DNA from: a virus
Lineage: Duplodnaviria; Caudoviricetes
Direction: 5' to 3' (one strand)
DNA length: 64,000 nt
Virus record (IMG/VR): IMGVR_UViG_3300032272_000009
Coordinates: 1-64,000 of that record
The notes beneath the pieces were generated by a model, which saw only the letters and a list, made by a program, of their open reading frames with translations, had not been told where the DNA came from and searched no databases. A program made the translations under genes and the position numbers. Position 1 is the stretch's first letter; each line of letters starts with the position of its first letter. Below are positions 56,484 through 64,000 of the stretch, in pieces.

Positions 56484-58058
56484 TCAATCAGTTTGGTTAT
56501 TGTTAACGTTGCCATTATCTAAATTACTGCCTTTGGTTCCATCATCTTTATCATTTCCGTTATCTGATTTTGATGATTCTTTTGGTACTGCTAGTGCTGC
56601 CGTCTTAGTTGCTATCTCTATAGCATTTTCTGTCTCAACCTTCTTGGCAAAGAATGGTGGCGGATTAAGTTTGATCAACGCCAGTTCTTCTTCAAATGTT
56701 CTTTCTGTCGGAAGAATCTCACCTTCTTTCATTTTATCAAACATTGATCTGTGAGAGATAGCGCCATCCAACCAAGACTTAACAAGAGCTATTTGAGCAT
56801 TCGGCTCCATGTCAATCTTGAGAAAATCATCATTCAAATCATACGCAAAATCATTAGGTACTTTAGTACCGCTCCATTTAAGGAAGATTGTAAATGATCC
56901 TGTGATCTGTCCAGAGACGTTATTGACAAGAGTTGCTATTAATGATGTCTGGGCAGCAGTCCTAACAAGTACCGATGTTGCTGTCTCTCTGGATATACCT
57001 TCTTTTTTTAGAATCTGCGCACCCATGCTTGCCATGATGTCTTTCAGATTATCAATAAAATCTTGATGCGCCCTTGCTGAGTTACCAGTAAACTCAAGCA
57101 TGCCGACTTTTGCTTCTGGGTTAGATATATGTATAAATTTTGACGGACCAATAGTGTTTGGTGCATCATCGCCATCAACGCCAGTTGCCCAAGGTGTAGG
57201 CAGTGCAGTCCAGTGCAACATGTACACTTGATCAATGACCCGCTGAATCACACTGATGTTCATGTCAGATATATCTTGCAGCGGAGATTTACCAATGCTA
57301 AAATTATTCTGGTTTATGCCATGAATAGTAATTGGTATAGTTTTGAAAAACTCACCATCAATCTTTGGATAGACATCTTCTCCAACCTGAACCATCTTCT
57401 CAACTTCATTTGGCGAAGCTTTTTTTACACCAGTTGACATGTAACGGCGTACTCTATACTTTTCATCTTTCAGGTCAAGTACAACGTATATATTTCTTAT
57501 CTCTGAATCAAATTCATTATCAGGATGATCGACCTCAGTCTCTTCTTTAAAGATAAACTTAGAAATGACAGGATACCCGGATACTGAGCTTGTTCTAAAA
57601 GATATAAACTGATGCGGTGCAATGAATCTCTGATATGGCCGTGATGCTGTATCAGAATAATCTGTCATCGTTGCACAGAAGCCATCTTCGAATACAGTGT
57701 TTATGATCTTCTCAGAAAACTTGTCAATGCTATTACCTAGCATGTCGCAGTTTTTGTTTAACTCTTTCTGTTTATCAGAGAATTCAATGTTTCTGACTAC
57801 TGGCGGTTTCGCAAATACTGTACCAGAAAAACCATCAACCACTTTCGGGTAGAGGATGTACATTGGCGCCATTGACACCATAGCTTTAAACTGGTCATCA
57901 GTCTGACCATCAAGCCTCGTGATGTAGGTGTCACGATTTGCGATTATAGTGCTTCTACCAGCTCTGATAGTGGCATTCTGCATGATGCGAGCTTGTGCAT
58001 CAAACACAGCACTATTCATAGGTGGCGTCGATAGCTCTACTTTTGTTTCATCTGGCAT
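56484..58058 (-). CDS. portal protein (DUF4055-type)
   Basis: YILYPKVVDGFSG.VF.KPP, PLQDISDMNI...LHWTALPTPW and ETATSV. Confidence 0.9.
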   Translation of the reverse strand: MPDETKVELSTPPMNSAVFDAQARIMQNATIRAGRSTIIANRDTYITRLDGQTDDQFKAMVSMAPMYILYPKVVDGFSGTVFAKPPVVRNIEFSDKQKELNKNCDMLGNSIDKFSEKIINTVFEDGFCATMTDYSDTASRPYQRFIAPHQFISFRTSSVSGYPVISKFIFKEETEVDHPDNEFDSEIRNIYVVLDLKDEKYRVRRYMSTGVKKASPNEVEKMVQVGEDVYPKIDGEFFKTIPITIHGINQNNFSIGKSPLQDISDMNISVIQRVIDQVYMLHWTALPTPWATGVDGDDAPNTIGPSKFIHISNPEAKVGMLEFTGNSARAHQDFIDNLKDIMASMGAQILKKEGISRETATSVLVRTAAQTSLIATLVNNVSGQITGSFTIFLKWSGTKVPNDFAYDLNDDFLKIDMEPNAQIALVKSWLDGAISHRSMFDKMKEGEILPTERTFEEELALIKLNPPPFFAKKVETENAIEIATKTAALAVPKESSKSDNGNDKDDGTKGSNLDNGNVNNNQTD

Positions 58059-58127
58059 TTTACAAACCTTTATTTATCGCTGATATATCATATCACATAA
58101 ACGCACATATAGCAATACAGACTACTT

Positions 58128-58862
58128 CTACGTGGACTCTTCATGCCCTTGAACTCTCATCCTGCAAGAAGTCAGTGCCTGTATATCATCTTGAATCAAT
58201 ACTTCTAAATAATCGCCTTTTGCATAATTTAGCCTGATTTTAACATCTAACTCTTCAAGCAAAGTGCGTGCTCTAGTCCCAAACTTTCCACCACCTGATT
58301 TGGCGTCATAGACAAGATCATACATATCTAAAATGACGTCATCATTTGTCTTCCAGTTTGAGAATGTTCTTATCACACCGTTTATTAATCCACGGACTAC
58401 AACCCCATTAGACAATGCTACCAAATCGCCAAATTTTGAGTTATCTCCAGCACCTGCGTGTACCATTGACAATATAAGTATAGTTATGTGCTCTACTGTA
58501 TCTTTTCGTGGATAGTATTTATATGATATTGGTGCAACTAGTGTACCAATATCTGTAGACATATCAACGATTACTTCTTCTATTTCATCGCCAATTTGGA
58601 AATTGTTATCAATTGGTCTATCTAGCGTTATATTGTTAACCGCAATAGCTGTAATTTGTGAATGAATAGGTTCTGTATGTCCAATTTCTGCACCGAAATG
58701 AACGAACTGACCTACAGAAAAGCCTGATGCATCTAACACGTCTACTGACGTATCGCCAGTTGATACTGCTACTGCTAGCGTTGTTGCAGCCCCATGTCGA
58801 TGAACATAATCATTGACAGGTACATTATTTATTCTGAATTCTCTTCCGCCATTGCCAATCAT
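58128..58862 (-). CDS. hypothetical beta-rich virion protein
   Basis: TTLAVAVSTGDTSVDVLDASGFSVG motif. Confidence 0.65.
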   Translation of the reverse strand: MIGNGGREFRINNVPVNDYVHRHGAATTLAVAVSTGDTSVDVLDASGFSVGQFVHFGAEIGHTEPIHSQITAIAVNNITLDRPIDNNFQIGDEIEEVIVDMSTDIGTLVAPISYKYYPRKDTVEHITILILSMVHAGAGDNSKFGDLVALSNGVVVRGLINGVIRTFSNWKTNDDVILDMYDLVYDAKSGGGKFGTRARTLLEELDVKIRLNYAKGDYLEVLIQDDIQALTSCRMRVQGHEEST

Positions 58863-58893
58863 TATATGTTCCCATTATATAAACGATGATAAA

Positions 58894-59154
58894 TTATAAA
58901 TCAACCCTTACTCGTCCATCTTTATTCTGAGCCATTATATAGACGTCTATACCTTGAGAATGTGATATATCAGCGCTATCTTCAAATGCTTTACCAATGT
59001 TTACATTTGTTGGTGCCGCATCACCTGTTTCTCGATACGTATGAAAATAAACATTTGGGGTATCAGACATTATTTTTATTGAACCGACAGTTACATTTGT
59101 CGCAACCTTTGTCCACGTATTTGAAGGACAATCAACCAATAGTGGGTTCGACAT
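58894..59154 (-). CDS. hypothetical protein
   Basis: ORF track; coupled to TerL. Confidence 0.65.
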   Translation of the reverse strand: MSNPLLVDCPSNTWTKVATNVTVGSIKIMSDTPNVYFHTYRETGDAAPTNVNIGKAFEDSADISHSQGIDVYIMAQNKDGRVRVDL

Positions 59155-59155
59155 A

Positions 59156-60499
59156 TCATAATCCTTTAATTGTTTTGCTGGACATAGTATTTCTATTAAT
59201 TGGAAACTTCATATGAATGAAGTAACCGAATGAGTCATTGATATCATCAATAGAGCTACCGCTGGTCTTTTCTGGAAGCTCTGTAGCTTTATTATATACC
59301 TGTTGCTCAAGTGCATCAGCAACCTTTTCACATTCTCTTACATTTACTTTGATAAGTCCAGTCATAAATGCAGAATTTACACTTTGCACTCTTTCCATTA
59401 TCCGAGGATTTTTCTGCGGATATTTACAGTGAAAACCAGCAGCTTTTAGCAATGAAATATCTGACGTTGTAAATCCCTTTGAGCTTGTGTTTTTTCCTGA
59501 AGCATCAGGGTAACAGTACACAGGAGACCGTGGGTAGCGCTCCCTAATGACCTGAATCATCTCTGGGGTATCCATGATGTTAGTCAGGTGTTTGACAGCA
59601 TGGAAGCTGTTATAGCCTTCATAAACAAATAGTGGATTGCTAGTAAATACAGGGTCACGCTCAACAAATACAACCCCGTTCATATTGGTAACATTGAAAT
59701 CTAGTGAGATATGGATAGCCTCGCCATCTCTATATATTGCATCACTACCACACAGTATTCTATCGTACTGCTTGTAGACCGCACCTACCGCCATGTTGAC
59801 GAACTTACCATTGATGTAAGCTTCTACTAACTCAGGCGGATATATCATCTTCAGATTATCATAATAATCTTTTGGTAGATGAACGTTCTCATAACCACTA
59901 GCTTGTATCAGAGTGTAGTTATCAGGCTTGTTCTTTTCAAACATTTGATACAAGAGGCGATAGCCTTCTGGAGTCGAGCCAACTATCATTTGATTGATAA
60001 GCTCTATCTCTTCGCCATTCTCATCTAGTGCTATTGTGCCATCTTCGTTAAATACATTTACTTTCTTACGTGCCCGAGCAAGTGCTTTGATCCAAACCTG
60101 TCTTGCTTTGTCAGTTGGTAGGGTATCCAGCTCATCAAGTAGCACAGCAAACACATTCATACCAACAATTGTGTCGGGATTGTCCATTGACTTCAGGATT
60201 ACCCGCCCACCTGCGTCAAAGTAGATTTCACCCGTTGTTTTATTGATCTTGTATTCGATACCAGTGCCTTCTAGTACCTCAACCAAAGTTGGGAATAGAA
60301 TGTCACGGAACATTGAGTAGGTAGGTAGTAGATAGAGTAAATCTACTTTAGGATGGCGAAGTTTAATATCAACCATCTTATTGACAAGCGAAAAAGTCTT
60401 ACCACCTCCAAAACCAGTGACAAAAGCTACCGCTTTAGAAAAGTCGTCGTCATAAAACTGTGTTTGACTTTTTGTAAGTTCAATTACTCTTTGTTGCAT
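59156..60499 (-). CDS. terL: terminase large subunit
   Basis: TGFGGGKT, LLDE, STPEG and the nuclease residues SLDFN, YPDASG, DDINDS. Confidence 0.93.
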   Translation of the reverse strand: MQQRVIELTKSQTQFYDDDFSKAVAFVTGFGGGKTFSLVNKMVDIKLRHPKVDLLYLLPTYSMFRDILFPTLVEVLEGTGIEYKINKTTGEIYFDAGGRVILKSMDNPDTIVGMNVFAVLLDELDTLPTDKARQVWIKALARARKKVNVFNEDGTIALDENGEEIELINQMIVGSTPEGYRLLYQMFEKNKPDNYTLIQASGYENVHLPKDYYDNLKMIYPPELVEAYINGKFVNMAVGAVYKQYDRILCGSDAIYRDGEAIHISLDFNVTNMNGVVFVERDPVFTSNPLFVYEGYNSFHAVKHLTNIMDTPEMIQVIRERYPRSPVYCYPDASGKNTSSKGFTTSDISLLKAAGFHCKYPQKNPRIMERVQSVNSAFMTGLIKVNVRECEKVADALEQQVYNKATELPEKTSGSSIDDINDSFGYFIHMKFPINRNTMSSKTIKGL

Positions 60500-60755
60500 T
60501 TAGCTATCGATCTCTTTTACTGCATCAATTATTACACCCTCCATATGTCTAAGAGCGCCAATCATTGTTACGTTCTTGTTTAGATTAGCATAACTATAAG
60601 TGATTGTTCCTTCATCGTCAACTAATACAATGACACAATTCACAATATTTAGCCTGTCAAGGTCTTCTTTAGCATTCTCAAAGGCTTTATCTACTGTTTT
60701 CTTTGTGTGGCTCTCCCCCGAATAGATGAGTTACATTGTTTGTTTTCTTAATCAT
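60500..60755 (-). pseudogene. small gene upstream of terL split by a +1 frameshift
   Basis: ATGA-coupled start MIKKTNNVTHLFG stops at SR*; the +1 frame runs TVDKAFENAKEDL...KEIDS to the TAA abutting the terL ATG. Confidence 0.45.
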
Positions 60756-61123
60756 AAAGCCTCCACGTGAAGTAAAACAGAACCTTCTTTTGATATCTCT
60801 GGTGCATAGTCCATAGATAGTTTACGCACAAATGAGTCATCCTGCCAGAAATGAGCATGAGTTAAAGAGTCGAATAGGCATTTTAAAACGTTGTCTATAT
60901 CATGAACCCTGTTATCTTTCGGTGTTAGAGTTATTGATACAGATAGAGGAACATTCGCTCTTAGTTCAAGGTCTTTTGATTGGATTATCTCTTGGACTCT
61001 TATGCGGTATTGCTCACCCTTTGTCTTTATGAACTTGCGAGGCCTTTTTGCATTACAGGCCATTCCATAGTAATCATTTACCGATGGAGGGAAAGGGAGA
61101 ACTATTAGGTATCCGGTTTTCAT
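60752..61123 (-). CDS. rusA: Holliday junction resolvase RusA
   Basis: LPFPPSVN...DIDNVLK.LFDSL...WQDD; start MKTGY. Confidence 0.85.
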   Translation of the reverse strand: MKTGYLIVLPFPPSVNDYYGMACNAKRPRKFIKTKGEQYRIRVQEIIQSKDLELRANVPLSVSITLTPKDNRVHDIDNVLKCLFDSLTHAHFWQDDSFVRKLSMDYAPEISKEGSVLLHVEAL

Positions 61124-61184
61124 TTTAAGGGTTCGCTTTTTGTCGTTATCTTTATTCGTGGTTGTAGGGGTGGCGGTTTGAAAC

Positions 61185-61213
61185 AGTATAACATGATTTT
61201 GGTGCGATTGCAA
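61185..61213 (-). promoter_or_regulatory. sigma70-type promoter of the packaging/virion arm
   Basis: TTGCAA-17 nt-TATACT. Confidence 0.65.
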
Positions 61214-61324
61214 TGTAGGCGGTTTCTTATTATCGGGTGGTAGAATTAGGTTAAAATTGGCGTTTTCAAATTTTTTAGGCGGACTATGGCGTTGGCACGA
61301 TGAAAATTTACGAAGGGGTGAATA

Positions 61325-61341
61325 CTGGCACGAGTATTGCT
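61325..61341 (+). promoter_or_regulatory. sigma54-type -24/-12 box
   Basis: CTGGCACGAGTATTGCT (GG-N10-GC). Confidence 0.6.
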
Positions 61342-61688
61342 AGGAGATATTTGCGTAACGAGCGCAACACGGATTTTATGTTAAAAAAAATGCCGGACTG
61401 AAAAATAAGTCAAGCATTTGATTTGCTATGTTAGTCTCGTCCTGCGAACCATGTTATAACTATTGCAAGAACCAACAAAAGAAAAGTCATCTATTCAAAA
61501 ACGCATATAGAAAAAGTTGTTTTTTAGATCATACTTTAAATTACTGAAACCAAAAATCCTACCTAGCGAATACACTTCTTTATCAGAGTCAAGTAAAATC
61601 TTTTTCATAACATTACCAACAAAGATATAAAGCGGAATTTGTTTTTTCTTTTTCATTATGTACACCTCACAGTAAAAACAATATGTAT

Positions 61689-61727
61689 AAAATCAGAGCC
61701 TAGGCTTTTTTGTATGCCTAGACTCTG
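61689..61727 (-). terminator. intrinsic terminator
   Basis: CAGAGCCTAGGC/GCCTAGACTCTG stem with a U-tract on the minus strand. Confidence 0.65.
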
Positions 61728-61734
61728 TTTATTT

Positions 61735-62286
61735 TTATCCTGCCAGACTCTGAAAAAATTCCCTGTACGCTAGGAACTCCTCGAAGTATTCTGTTCTGTG
61801 CGGAGCATCTGCAATCAATCCAGAATTCAAGATTTCATCATGCGTGAATTTTGGATTTGCTCTGACCCACTCTGCAATTTTTCCCATGTGACCAGAATTA
61901 TTAAACTGTTTAAACTTCTTACTCGCTGTAACTGTTGACTTGTTCACACCAGAAAAATCAACAATGGCCTTTTCAACTTCAGAATTTGAAAGTTGTGGGA
62001 TTTCTAAAGTGCTGGCCAGCTTTTGCACATCCAGAAAATGGCTGATTGATTTACCTTTAATATGCTCTTGCACCTTTGCTTGCAGTTTCTCAGGCGTCAG
62101 AATCCAATCATTGGCCAGTCCTACACTCTTAATTGTGTTTTGAATGTCTGAGAAGGCTACGCCATTTTGCGTCAATAGCAGGGCTGTCTCATCCAGAGAA
62201 ACCCCCTTGTTGAAATGTTGGTCAATGATACCAGCGATGATTTTTTTGTTGCTTGCTGCTGTAGTTTTTTTAGTTGCTGAAGTCAT
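61735..62286 (-). CDS. hypothetical helical protein (paralog A)
   Basis: ORF track; own promoter and terminator. Confidence 0.75.
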   Translation of the reverse strand: MTSATKKTTAASNKKIIAGIIDQHFNKGVSLDETALLLTQNGVAFSDIQNTIKSVGLANDWILTPEKLQAKVQEHIKGKSISHFLDVQKLASTLEIPQLSNSEVEKAIVDFSGVNKSTVTASKKFKQFNNSGHMGKIAEWVRANPKFTHDEILNSGLIADAPHRTEYFEEFLAYREFFQSLAG

Positions 62287-62355
62287 AATGTTTATCACCT
62301 TTAATAATCAAGAAAATTAAAATGGGCTTTTCTTGTTTACCCTCACTTGTTACCA

Positions 62356-62383
62356 AGTATACACCATGCAAAACATTATGCAA
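62356..62383 (-). promoter_or_regulatory. sigma70-type promoter for paralog A
   Basis: TTGCAT-16 nt-TATACT. Confidence 0.55.
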
Positions 62384-62450
62384 CATTTTAAAACATTATT
62401 TTCAATTTAATTTTACTCTATATATATAGGCAAAATCAGAAAATTCTGTA

Positions 62451-62655
62451 AGCATAAAACATGCCAACAATAATTGGCCCGGTTCTTGCAACAACAAAAA
62501 TCATGCCAGAAAAGTTGGCCTAAAATATGCAAGGGAAAAATCATGCCAAAACAATTGGCACGGTCGTTGCATGGTCAAAAATCGTGCCAACTTTCTCGAA
62601 CGTGGCGGAATTCAAGAATCGTGCCAAAAAAGCGTAACGGACGGAGCGGTGCCAG
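62451..62655. repeat. ~40-bp imperfect tandem repeat made of back-to-back sigma54-type boxes
   Basis: Units ATCRTGCCAA-N-TTGGCMC-N5-TTGCA; three plus-strand GG-N10-GC boxes at 62474, 62515 and 62555. Confidence 0.75.
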
Positions 62656-62811
62656 AATTTTTTCCGTCGCGTATATACACCAAAAAATATACCGAAAAGC
62701 GCACTTATAAGCATGCCCGATTCGCGCTGTGAGTCGTGAAGCGAAATGAATAAATCATATATTATACAGCGTAACATACATAAATTATTTTGATTGAAAA
62801 GTTTTAACCAG

Positions 62812-62989
62812 TTGCAAAACACAAGTTGTAAAATATAATAAATATAAGCTTGCAACGCTTACTAGTTGTGTTATAATAAATGCTCTTGTTGAGAAAGAAG
62901 CAGAAGCACATATGTAACCGCTTAGCAATAAAAATTTTATTAGTTAAGCAAAAAATAAACTTGCAAACGATTAGAGTTTGTGAGATAAT
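62812..62989 (+). promoter_or_regulatory. three tandem sigma70 promoters sharing the -35 TTGCAA
   Basis: TTGCAA-16-TATAAT (62812), TTGCAA-16-TATAAT with TG (62850) and TTGCAA-17-GATAAT (62961). Confidence 0.7.
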
Positions 62990-63041
62990 CTTAAAACTGG
63001 AATCTTCCAGAAAACACAATTAACACGGGAGTGTAAACATC

Positions 63042-63620
63042 ATGGGTAAGAAAGAAAATACAGCTATTGTAGTTGCCGGTCTGGCCGCAGGTAAATCAGA
63101 TGATGCCATCTTGCAAGAACTGTTTGAAGGTGGTATTGCGTTCGGTGAGCTGCGCAATGTGTTCAATGAAGTAATCAAGGAAAAAGGTCTGCGCCTGACT
63201 GCGAAAGAACGCAAGGTCAAAACTGGTGAGCTGATGGAAGGCGTTGAAAAAATCGAAACTGTTGATGAAGTCAACAAGATCATTGCCAAGCTGGTCAAAA
63301 GCCTTAAGGTTGCTGAGACAAAAGCAATGGGATCGCTTCGCACATGGGCTAAAGAGGCTGGTATTGAACTGCCTAAAACTCCTCGTGCTGCAAAGACTCG
63401 CAAGACTGGTTTTGGTGGTCATTACAAAAACATCCTTGATTTCATCTTGGAAAATCGTGAAGCTGACAAGGTTGCTGTTGTTGCCTTCTGTCATGCGAAC
63501 AAGATTCCAGAAGCATACTCTACTCAGGCCATGAATGTTGTTCATTTTGCCAAGGTTTGGAGTGGTGAGCTGGTTGAAGAAGTTGTTACCGAAACTCCTG
63601 CTGAACCAGCAGCAACCTAA
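63042..63620 (+). CDS. hypothetical basic helical protein (paralog B), probably highly expressed
   Basis: GGGAG RBS; CTG/GGT/GAA-biased codons; strong terminator. Confidence 0.8.
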   Translation: MGKKENTAIVVAGLAAGKSDDAILQELFEGGIAFGELRNVFNEVIKEKGLRLTAKERKVKTGELMEGVEKIETVDEVNKIIAKLVKSLKVAETKAMGSLRTWAKEAGIELPKTPRAAKTRKTGFGGHYKNILDFILENREADKVAVVAFCHANKIPEAYSTQAMNVVHFAKVWSGELVEEVVTETPAEPAAT

Positions 63621-63647
63621 TACCTCCCGGGTATAGCAGGAAAGAAG

Positions 63648-63673
63648 ATAGGCTCGCAAGAGCCTATTTTTTT
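63648..63673 (+). terminator. intrinsic terminator
   Basis: ATAGGCTC-GCAA-GAGCCTAT-TTTTTT. Confidence 0.85.
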
Positions 63674-63780
63674 GTCTTGAATTCCGTGAAACTGCCTCTT
63701 GTTAGAATGTTTTAAACTGTTATAATAAAATCTCTCTTAGGAGAAAACATAAAAATAATTCAGATATAAGGTGAACCAAA

Positions 63781-63939
63781 ATGGCAGTTAAAACGGTAAA
63801 ACAAATCATTACTGAAAGGGGTTATGAGGGAATTCTGGCGCAAGATGGCTGGGAAACCCTCGAACTTACAGTAAAAACTAATCATTCACATGCGGTTGCT
63901 AAAGCAATTATCACAGAAATGGAGAAGAAAAATGGATAA
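63781..63939 (+). CDS. small hypothetical protein
   Basis: Hand-translated 52 aa after AGGTG; follows the extended -10 promoter at 63699-63726. Confidence 0.5.
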   Translation: MAVKTVKQIITERGYEGILAQDGWETLELTVKTNHSHAVAKAIITEMEKKNG

Positions 63940-64000
63940 TCTGCCAATGGTATACACCGATTTTTCCAAAGAAAAGCACTTTGATGACTGGCCTTATGGT

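Noticed and set aside
62451-62655. Possible mini-CRISPR array
   Set aside because: Repeats are short and degenerate, the 'spacers' themselves carry a conserved motif, and there is no cas operon (the Cas4-like gene is a standard phage recombination nuclease).
63020-63659. Long antisense ORFs (63020-63403, 63096-63659) and similar ones such as 53893-54303 and 55838-56311
   Set aside because: Shadows of codon-biased sense genes; they lack an RBS and are low-complexity Ser/Phe-rich.
1-64000. Prophage or lysogeny module, introns or inteins
   Set aside because: No integrase, repressor, host genes or homing endonucleases; DnaE, TerL and the helicases are of normal length without insertions.

Overview
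A 64-kb segment of an AT-rich, apparently lytic tailed dsDNA phage. It has a lambda-type non-contractile tail module (siphovirus), no integrase or repressor in the window, and probably a proteobacterial host. Four transcription blocks are visible. (1) A leftward arm, ~11.1 kb to 1, of small accessory genes ending in an AEP-type primase cut by the window edge; it includes a GHKL ATPase, a 155-nt tRNA-like RNA, a secreted CxxCH protein, a PagP-like barrel, a DUF5664 fusion and an orphan TSCPD domain. (2) A rightward replication and nucleotide-metabolism arm, 11.3-34.3 kb: peptide deformylase, Dda-like helicase, ATP ligase, Sak4-type ATPase, DUF669 SSB, Cas4-like nuclease, SF2 helicase, methyltransferase, flavin oxidoreductase, HAD phosphatase, DnaQ, DnaE, kinase-like protein, divergent ThyX-fold enzyme, MazG-like protein and ThyA. 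(3) A leftward virion and lysis arm, 61.1 to 34.3 kb: RusA, TerL, portal, scaffold, capsid, neck, tail tube, frameshifted chaperone, tape measure, tail tip with FG-GAP propeller, fibres, holin-like proteins and M15 endolysin. (4) A divergent control region, 61.2-63.0 kb, with tandem sigma70 promoters, a helically phased array of sigma54-type -24/-12 boxes and two divergent paralogous genes. The most unusual signals are the Leu-type tRNA mimic with a 73-nt insert replacing the anticodon loop, the candidate DNA-modification cluster (intact ThyA plus active-site-diverged ThyX fold), the sigma54-box array with flanking paralogs, and structured RNA leaders on the capsid and tail-chaperone genes. 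All family calls come from motif recognition by eye; no database searches or folding programs were run.
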